Virus record (IMG/VR): IMGVR_UViG_3300042402_002641
Span: 1-64,000 of that record
Reading direction: 5' to 3' (one strand)
Length of the DNA stretch: 64,000 bases
Position numbers and translations under genes: made by a program. Every line of letters starts with the position of its first letter. Within the stretch, counting starts at the first letter, position 1. Shown piece after piece: positions 57,498 through 64,000 of the stretch. The notes below the pieces were generated by a model. It saw only the letters and a program-made list of their open reading frames with translations. It ran no database searches and was not told the DNA's origin.

Positions 57498-57590
57498 CTT
57501 TATCTCCGTATCATGTATTATATACAAAAAATCATTGTGTTGTCAATGATCTGAGTGTATAATCAGTTAAATACGTGAAACAATTTCATC

Positions 57591-58106
57591 ATGCACACAC
57601 TATTATTAAACGCAGACATGCAGCCCGTGAGCCTATTACCGTTGTCAACAGTGGATTGGCAGGAGGCCGTACGATATATGGTTTTGGACAAATGCACCGT
57701 GCTGGAATGGTACGACGACTGGATCGTCCGCTCTGCTCGCTGGGAAACTCGGGTGCCTGCAGTCTTGATGCTGAAAGAGTATCAGCGTCCAAAACATACC
57801 ATGCGTCTCAGCAAGCGTAACATATTTCTACGTGACTCATTCACTTGCCAATACTGTGACATCTCTGTCACCGAAGCCACTGCCACACTAGACCATGTGC
57901 TGCCTGTGAGCAAGGGTGGTAAGACCACTTGGGAAAATTCAACCACTGCCTGCAGAAGCTGTAACTATCGCAAGGCCGCACATGTGGGCAAGATGAAACC
58001 AAAACTCACTCCCTATAAGCCACACTTTTGGGATCTAGTTGCCAAACGTCGACAGCGTGGCTATCACATGAGTCATCCTAGTTGGTCTAACTATCTGAAC
58101 ATGTGA
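57591..58106 (+). CDS. HNH endonuclease
   Basis: RD..CQYC, TLDHVLP..GG..WEN..AC..CN. Confidence 0.93.
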   Translation: MHTLLLNADMQPVSLLPLSTVDWQEAVRYMVLDKCTVLEWYDDWIVRSARWETRVPAVLMLKEYQRPKHTMRLSKRNIFLRDSFTCQYCDISVTEATATLDHVLPVSKGGKTTWENSTTACRSCNYRKAAHVGKMKPKLTPYKPHFWDLVAKRRQRGYHMSHPSWSNYLNM

Positions 58107-58154
58107 TTGATTTATTTTCTTCTCTAGTGTAATGTTATTAAATAAAGATAGCAG

Positions 58155-58282
58155 ACATTGATTAGAGGAGAACTAGTATGATGCTATCAAGGGCTCAGCG
58201 CCAACTCAAACGACAGATTTTTAATAATCTGTTTAGCATACAAAAAACATTGCGAACATTGATTAGAAGGAGAACTAGTATG
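58155..58282 (+). repeat. direct repeat of RBS plus start codon
   Basis: ACATTGATTAGA(A)GGAGAACTAGTATG at 58155-58180 and 58256-58282. Confidence 0.9.
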
Positions 58283-59332
58283 CCGCAACTATTAACAGCT
58301 ACTATAACGGCTGCAGAATTTAAACAACTATTTGGATTTGATGAACCTAGCGGTCTGTTTAACGATCCGAAATTTAGATTGGTGATAAACAAGTTTGGTA
58401 GATGTTACTGGCTTCTAGCCTGTGATAATCTACAGGGTCCACGATTCAGTGGAGTGAATGTTTACTATCAAGGTAACAACAGTAGGTTGATTCGTACTAT
58501 CTATCCTGCAGCGAAACGCATAATTGATGTAGGATCTAATGTGGGTAACAACACCATTGCCTACGGAGAATGGGCCGAGAACGTCGAGTCTTTTGAACCC
58601 ACTCCCACCACGTTGACTATGCTGAAAGCAAACATAGCCATTGCTGAACAAAGCAATCTACAAGGAATATATTGGCAGGGAGATCAAAATCGTGGTGCTT
58701 TGCACAGAGACCCTACGCCCGTTGTGGGATGGTACACCTGGAAAGGTGTCGCACAGAGCATGAACATACGAGCCAATATCACAGTTCATGAAGTTGCGCT
58801 GTCCAATTCAAACACAGGCAACATTGATATTTTAGATCATACCGACCACGGCGGGCATAATCATGTGGTTATAGATTCTACAGATCTTAAACTAAGGCCA
58901 AGCCAACAATTGGTCAAGGTCCCTGTAAGGACCATAGACAGCTACAATTTTGAATCTGTTGACGCCATTAAAATTGATGTAGAAGGATCTGAACTGTTGG
59001 TAATCCAAGGAGCCAAAGACACCATAGACCGCTGTCGCCCTAGTGTGCAGGTTGAGATAGTGCCCAAACAGTGCAGATTGTTTGGTTATGATCCACAGGC
59101 CTTGTATGATTTCTTTGCTGAAAGAGACTATGTATGTGTCAGTGCTGTGCGCAAACCTGCGAACAAAGAACAAGAAGGTCTGTTCTTTGGTGCAAATATT
59201 GGCATGACTCATCAACAGATTCCAAAATACATGGATCGGTTGTTTGTGCCTAGAGAAGTGCATGAGCGTACAGACTATGGTGCTATGGCCCAAAGTCAAA
59301 ATGAGTTTAATACACTGTTTGATTTTGGTTAA
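58178..59332 (+). CDS. FkbM-family methyltransferase
   Basis: IDVGSNVG, SFEP, IKIDVEGSE. Confidence 0.88.
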   Translation: MMLSRAQRQLKRQIFNNLFSIQKTLRTLIRRRTSMPQLLTATITAAEFKQLFGFDEPSGLFNDPKFRLVINKFGRCYWLLACDNLQGPRFSGVNVYYQGNNSRLIRTIYPAAKRIIDVGSNVGNNTIAYGEWAENVESFEPTPTTLTMLKANIAIAEQSNLQGIYWQGDQNRGALHRDPTPVVGWYTWKGVAQSMNIRANITVHEVALSNSNTGNIDILDHTDHGGHNHVVIDSTDLKLRPSQQLVKVPVRTIDSYNFESVDAIKIDVEGSELLVIQGAKDTIDRCRPSVQVEIVPKQCRLFGYDPQALYDFFAERDYVCVSAVRKPANKEQEGLFFGANIGMTHQQIPKYMDRLFVPREVHERTDYGAMAQSQNEFNTLFDFG

Positions 59333-59340
59333 TTAAATGA

Positions 59341-59369
59341 TTGACATCTGACCCTAGCTGTATTATACT
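59341..59369 (+). promoter_or_regulatory. sigma70 promoter embedded in an inverted repeat
   Basis: TTGACA-N17-TATACT; accctagctgta/tatagctagggt arms. Confidence 0.75.
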
Positions 59370-59409
59370 ATAGCTAGGGTTTATTTTTAAGGCAACGAAA
59401 GGCAATCAA

Positions 59410-60786
59410 ATGGCAACAACAAACACATTCAATCCTGTAGAGAAAGAACATCACTTCCGTAGTTTTGGTACTTGGTTAAGTGATGTAACTAAAGTTATTC
59501 CTACAGACAAATCAACTATCAAACGTCGACTACAAGATTTCAGCGAAGCAGAACTTGATGCGCATATGGATAAGCACAAGGTTCTAGCTGAATTACCAAT
59601 CAACAAAGAAAACGAAAATCTTCAGCGTGTAGTTGAAGAAGTTCTCACACACTACAAATCAACAGGAGTCCTTGACGGAATAATGTTACCGTTCGAGGAA
59701 CGTAAGAGTCGATTGAAGGGCGTAGAAAAACTCCCCATCCGAGACATTTGGTTGAACTACGGTGAAGACGGACAAGGGGGACAACGTAATCCTAAACCCC
59801 GTCACATTCTACAAATGCTGCGTCGATGGGACGTAGATGGTCTCACCTGTGGTAATGCTCGATTGGATCCTACAGATAATCGAGTGTTTGTTAATGAGGG
59901 GCAACAACGTAGTATTGCAGGATGTATCGTAAGTCGAACAGAATTCGCATATGAAGTATTACCTAGCTCAGACGACATTGACGACCTTCGTCAGTTCAAA
60001 CGTGAGAATCAAGGCAAGCTTCGTGCTACTGAAGTAGAACTTGCACTCAGTGATGCATTGGTTGTTAAGAAAAGTCTTGAAGATTATTGTATTAAAAAGA
60101 AAATTGACATCACTGAAATCAGTTACGCAGAAGTTTGCAAACAGATGCAACTCAGCAAAAGTGATGACGAGTTTGTTAACTTTAAGATTTTCAATGAGCT
60201 CAGTCTAAAGAGAAACTTCCGTATGGTCAATGACGAGAACAAGGAAGAAAAGAATCTCAAAGGAGCTTGTTCTAATATCAGTCAGCTTAAAGCAATCTTC
60301 GAAACTACAGCATACAGCGATGATGTTCTAACTCTTGCTCTTGATTGGTATGAATACATTTGGCCGCTGAAGCGATTAGAGACTGCCGACCTGATCGGGT
60401 TAGTTGAAACAATTTATTTTAACAAGGATTGGATCTTTGAAAAAGATTTTGACAAAGACCTGTTCCAGGTTAAATTAATGAATGCTCTGCGCGAACAATG
60501 GCCTAACAAGACCAGTGGCAAGGGTTCTACTCCTGCTTGGCGTCAGATACAAGATGAGATGAGTGAACAGTTTCCTTATAAGACCAAGGAAGACAAAGAA
60601 AAGAATGTTAAGTTTTATTCTGTAGATTCTACACGTATTGCAAAACACATGTGGATCGCTCAAGGGTTCTACTCTGTTCTTAGTCAGCGTCTGCCCAAAG
60701 AATATGCAACACAATTGGTGCAGCCTTATTCCGTTGAAACCAAAATGGTATTTCCATTAACGATGCCTGTGATTAAAAATGCTTAA
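59410..60786 (+). CDS. ParB/DUF262(DGQxR)-like protein
   Basis: GGQRNP, FVNEGQQRS, FKRENQG motifs. Confidence 0.6.
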   Translation: MATTNTFNPVEKEHHFRSFGTWLSDVTKVIPTDKSTIKRRLQDFSEAELDAHMDKHKVLAELPINKENENLQRVVEEVLTHYKSTGVLDGIMLPFEERKSRLKGVEKLPIRDIWLNYGEDGQGGQRNPKPRHILQMLRRWDVDGLTCGNARLDPTDNRVFVNEGQQRSIAGCIVSRTEFAYEVLPSSDDIDDLRQFKRENQGKLRATEVELALSDALVVKKSLEDYCIKKKIDITEISYAEVCKQMQLSKSDDEFVNFKIFNELSLKRNFRMVNDENKEEKNLKGACSNISQLKAIFETTAYSDDVLTLALDWYEYIWPLKRLETADLIGLVETIYFNKDWIFEKDFDKDLFQVKLMNALREQWPNKTSGKGSTPAWRQIQDEMSEQFPYKTKEDKEKNVKFYSVDSTRIAKHMWIAQGFYSVLSQRLPKEYATQLVQPYSVETKMVFPLTMPVIKNA

Positions 60787-61273
60787 ACACACAGAGTTAA
60801 TCAATAGATTGATTCAACAGCGCCAGCTTCAAACTGGTGCTGTGTTTGATCGAAAGACCTATTGGTGTGCAGCCAGTTACAGAAAGGTTGCAGAAACCAG
60901 TGACCTACGCTATGATTATGCTTATTCTATTATGAAGAAATGGTCAGGGGGCTCTCCTGAACAATGGGTTGAAAAAATGCCGGTGAGCTTTAGAGGACAT
61001 CTGTTAGATTACGGTCGAGGTGCTAACAAAATGATTAATCAATTTAGAGATCTTGATCCAGAGATCGTCTATGAATATGATTACTTTCATACTGTTAACG
61101 CTGACCACATAAAGCCAAAAAGTTATGGCGGAGAATGGACATTTGATAACTGCATCATTCGTCCAAAAGTAGCAAATATCATACGTCAAAACTTCAATGA
61201 CGAAACCCTGAAAGAAGCCCTGCTGATTACTGCAGATAGTTATAATATTTCTCTTGACAATCCAACTGTTTGA
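60779..61273 (+). CDS. HNH nuclease-domain protein
   Basis: ADHIKPKSYGGEWTFDNC..AN; 8-bp overlap with upstream gene. Confidence 0.7.
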   Translation: MLKHTELINRLIQQRQLQTGAVFDRKTYWCAASYRKVAETSDLRYDYAYSIMKKWSGGSPEQWVEKMPVSFRGHLLDYGRGANKMINQFRDLDPEIVYEYDYFHTVNADHIKPKSYGGEWTFDNCIIRPKVANIIRQNFNDETLKEALLITADSYNISLDNPTV

Positions 61274-61282
61274 TGCTATAAT
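61254..61282 (+). promoter_or_regulatory. sigma70 promoter
   Basis: TTGACA-N17-TATAAT. Confidence 0.8.
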
Positions 61283-61305
61283 ATTAGCATTGTAACAGAT
61301 TAGGA

Positions 61306-61665
61306 GTGATTGTGCGTTATATTTTGGCATCGTGGGATCGAGAAGGGTTTGAATGTCTGCAAGACATTACTAACAAACATCCAGACTCTTGGGACAAAGG
61401 ACAACTCATAGAAGCTCTTCGAGGCCATACACCACAGAGGAATCCGTTAGCTGAACAGATCGGAGCAATGAAACTTCGTGCTCGTTACAACAGTCAACGC
61501 TGTTATGAAATCTATGTGTTTACCACACAAGATGACATTGAATTTAAAGATGTAGAGGATTGGATGATCGCCGATCCTCAGAGTTTGGTAGACTGGGTGC
61601 GTGTTAATCACTATGCCCAAGTCTACTCAGACTATGAACCCAATCGTAAATCTGTAATCGTTTAA
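61306..61665 (+). CDS. hypothetical phage protein
   Basis: WDREGFE..LRARYNSQRCYEIY. Confidence 0.7.
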   Translation: MIVRYILASWDREGFECLQDITNKHPDSWDKGQLIEALRGHTPQRNPLAEQIGAMKLRARYNSQRCYEIYVFTTQDDIEFKDVEDWMIADPQSLVDWVRVNHYAQVYSDYEPNRKSVIV

Positions 61666-61673
61666 GGACTAAA

Positions 61674-62993
61674 ATGCGTACACAACCAGAAACAATCATC
61701 CAGCGTCTTGAAGCAGATAACTCACGACTGGCCAAAGAGCAGATCCTAGCAGAAGCAATGTCAGAAGGTCTGGATGAGTTTTTTGAAGGAGTTAAGATGG
61801 GCTTAGACAAGCTCTACACATTTGGCATCAAACAGGTTCCCGTCAGTGAACAAGATGGGCAAGGACTTTCTTGGACCAACTTTGTGGAATTGGCCGAAGC
61901 TCTGTATCGCAGAGAACTCACTGGCCATGCCGCACGTGATGCAGTCAAACTGGCCATGGATGTGGCCACTAAGTCGCAGTGGAATGATTGGTATCGTAGG
62001 ATTCTGATCAAAGACATGCGAGCTGGATTCGGTGAAAAGTCAGTGAACTCTGTGGCCAAGAAAGCCAAGAAGCCCGAATACGCTGTGCCTGTGTTTGAAG
62101 TCATGTTGGCACATGATGGTGCTAATCATGAAGGCAAGATCACAGGAAAAAAATTGGTAGAACCCAAGCTAGACGGAGTTCGTGTGGTCACTGTGGTTGA
62201 CTTTGAAAGCCGCACAGTTGTGATGTATACCCGCAACGGCAAAGAACTTGTGAACTTTCCGCATATTGTTAAGGCATTTGAAGACAACCTAGATAACTTT
62301 GCTCGTAGCTATGTTTTCGACGGTGAAGTGGTATCTACATCGTTCCAGGCCTTGATGAAAGAAGTACATCGCAAAGAAAATGCGCAGGCACAGGATGCCC
62401 GACTGATGCTGTTTGATGTGATCCCTTTGTCGGAGTTCAAACTGGGTGAGAGTGCTATGGGGCAACGGCGGCGCAGTGCATTCTTGCGTGAAAACTTTTC
62501 CAAGATATTTGCAGACTCAGGCTGCATCGACATCATCGCACAACGTGAATTTGATCTAGATGTGTTCACTGATGAGATCGAGTTCCGTGACTACAACAAG
62601 CAGATGGTCACAGAGGGCTTTGAGGGTATCATGATCAAAGATCCCAACGGCAAATGGGAAGGCAAACGCAGCGTGGCCTGGCTCAAACAAAAGCCCTTTA
62701 TTGAAGTCAGCCTTGAAATCACAGCAGTAGAAGAAGGCACAGGCCGGAATGAGGGCAGGCTAGGTGCTGTAATCTGTGCAGGGCGAGATGATGGCAAAGA
62801 CATTCGAGTTAATGTGGGTTCGGGTTTCACAGATAGCGATCGAAAGGAATACTGGGAAGCTCGAGACAGCCTTCCGGGTCAGGTCATAGAAGTACGTGCA
62901 GATGCTGTGACACAGAATCAAGACGGCACCTACAGCCTACGCTTTCCACGCTTTATGCGATTCCGTGGATTCAAGACCGGTGAAAAGATCTAA
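61674..62993 (+). CDS. ATP-dependent DNA ligase
   Basis: KLDGVR, FDGE, FD, EGIMIK, KQK, GSGF, LRFPRF. Confidence 0.95.
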   Translation: MRTQPETIIQRLEADNSRLAKEQILAEAMSEGLDEFFEGVKMGLDKLYTFGIKQVPVSEQDGQGLSWTNFVELAEALYRRELTGHAARDAVKLAMDVATKSQWNDWYRRILIKDMRAGFGEKSVNSVAKKAKKPEYAVPVFEVMLAHDGANHEGKITGKKLVEPKLDGVRVVTVVDFESRTVVMYTRNGKELVNFPHIVKAFEDNLDNFARSYVFDGEVVSTSFQALMKEVHRKENAQAQDARLMLFDVIPLSEFKLGESAMGQRRRSAFLRENFSKIFADSGCIDIIAQREFDLDVFTDEIEFRDYNKQMVTEGFEGIMIKDPNGKWEGKRSVAWLKQKPFIEVSLEITAVEEGTGRNEGRLGAVICAGRDDGKDIRVNVGSGFTDSDRKEYWEARDSLPGQVIEVRADAVTQNQDGTYSLRFPRFMRFRGFKTGEKI

Positions 62994-63008
62994 TAATTAA
63001 ATAAGCAA

Positions 63009-63590
63009 ATGAAAATAGCCATAACAGGACACACCAAGGGTATAGGCAAGGCCTTGGCTGATGCATACCAACGTCGCGGCCATGAAATTGTTGGTCTGAG
63101 CCGAACCAAAGGATATAATATCTATAGTATACTTAAATGTGCCGATCTAATCGAGTCCTGCGATATGTTTATAAACAATGCACAAGCAGGTTTTGCACAA
63201 ACAGAACTTCTGTTTGAAATTGCCAAAAGGTGGCAAGATACTCACAAACATATTGTGAATATATCGTCTGTAATAACACAACGATATTCAAGTAATTATG
63301 CAGGCTTTGAAGAGGTGCCTCTGTATGAAGTAGAGTTGTACCGTGTGCAGAAAGTTGCACTGGAAGAGGCTGTTATCCGAATCCGTAATACTAGGACCAA
63401 CCTTAAGTTAACCTTGGTAAGGCCAAGCAAGACGATAGCGGGGGGTGAGCCCGCCGCATCGTGGGCTGCGGAGATTAATAATTGGGCAGAAACTCTCGTG
63501 AAAATTTTTGAGACAGCAGCAGCATGTGATCTCATGATTCCAGAAATTTCGCTGACATCAACAATCAAGATAGATGTTGCCCCGATCTAG
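63009..63590 (+). CDS. short-chain dehydrogenase/reductase
   Basis: TGHTKGIG, INNA, NISS, YRVQK. Confidence 0.85.
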   Translation: MKIAITGHTKGIGKALADAYQRRGHEIVGLSRTKGYNIYSILKCADLIESCDMFINNAQAGFAQTELLFEIAKRWQDTHKHIVNISSVITQRYSSNYAGFEEVPLYEVELYRVQKVALEEAVIRIRNTRTNLKLTLVRPSKTIAGGEPAASWAAEINNWAETLVKIFETAAACDLMIPEISLTSTIKIDVAPI

Positions 63591-63620
63591 AAATTTTTTA
63601 TTATGTTGAAAAGGATTTAA

Positions 63621-63899
63621 ATGCAGAACAATCTACCCCCGATCGCAAACAATGAAGAAGAAGCAGAGATCGCTCAGATACAGACTCTGTTAAACAATCA
63701 AAACGCTGTGAGTGCTGTGCAACAGCGGCTGGCCCTACAGCGGCAGCAGCCTTCCGCAGAGTTCTGTGAAGAATGTGGTGAATCTATTCCTCAAGCTAGA
63801 CGCGAATTGGTGCCGGGAGTTCAGATGTGTGTGCCCTGCCAGACCCTGTCAGAAAGATTCAAAGCCAACTATCGACAGCCTGGTGCGAGCACAGAGTAG
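63621..63899 (+). CDS. TraR/DksA C4 zinc-finger protein
   Basis: CEECGESIPQARR..CVPCQ. Confidence 0.88.
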   Translation: MQNNLPPIANNEEEAEIAQIQTLLNNQNAVSAVQQRLALQRQQPSAEFCEECGESIPQARRELVPGVQMCVPCQTLSERFKANYRQPGASTE

Positions 63900-64000
63900 T
63901 AGCTGAGCTCCACAGATTTTCCGGGTCTTGTTCTAATAGCCATTCAGGACCTAGGTTCTGTGCTACCAACCATGAATGCTGTTTCTGCCAGGGGCCATTA

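Noticed and set aside
1007-63906. Many opposite-strand ORFs in the track (e.g. 1007-1459, 7596-8099, 28003-28470, 43788-44294, 26775-27002)
   Set aside because: Antisense shadows of confidently identified genes or RNAs, with no RBS or motifs
1-64000. Bacterial chromosome (dnaK, nrdAB, iscU, rpsU, ssrA)
   Set aside because: The genes lack their normal partners (dnaJ/grpE, iscS, smpB) and are interleaved with virion-type genes and T4-like late promoters
1-64000. CRISPR array, rRNA, IS element or integrase
   Set aside because: No regularly spaced repeats, rRNA signatures, transposase or recombinase motifs seen
1-64000. Alternative genetic code
   Set aside because: Conserved genes are full length in code 11 and TAA, TAG and TGA all act as stops
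63859-64000. Partial minus-strand ORF at the window edge
   Set aside because: Too short to assign, and it overlaps the TraR gene end

Overview
64 kb of a large T4-like (jumbo/huge) phage genome, gene-dense and mostly minus-strand, in genetic code 11. It is not a bacterial chromosome: TAAATA late-promoter motifs precede many genes, several proteins have T4-type head-targeting N-termini, and host-like genes are single copies taken out of their normal operons. The host is probably a betaproteobacterium (tmRNA tag ending ..ESRFALAA, Bug/TctC, Tim44-like and DUF4214 proteins); this is inference. Cargo includes a curli-type export operon (csgF, csgG-SH3, curlin-repeat proteins) linked to a FecR protein and a CHASE2 class III cyclase; heme oxygenase, PcyX-type bilin reductase and ALA synthase; ClpS, Hsp20, DnaK, bS21, CspA and TraR; AhpC/AhpD, SOD, IscU/IscA/ErpA and Grx around class Ia RNR; a putative sulfation cluster; ADP-heptose genes; a Pol-beta nucleotidyltransferase/RNA-ligase-like pair; and a ParB/DUF262-like + HNH pair. 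Top observations not in the ORF track: (1) a circularly permuted (two-piece) tmRNA whose intervening segment is filled by a Shine-Dalgarno-led 23-aa membrane peptide ORF and whose tag is 31 aa long; (2) two unexplained structured RNAs (leader of the cell-wall hydrolase; 48345-48445); (3) ROSE-like hairpins on hsp20 and dnaK; (4) several apparently leaderless genes. Family calls come from motif recognition only; no database searches were run.
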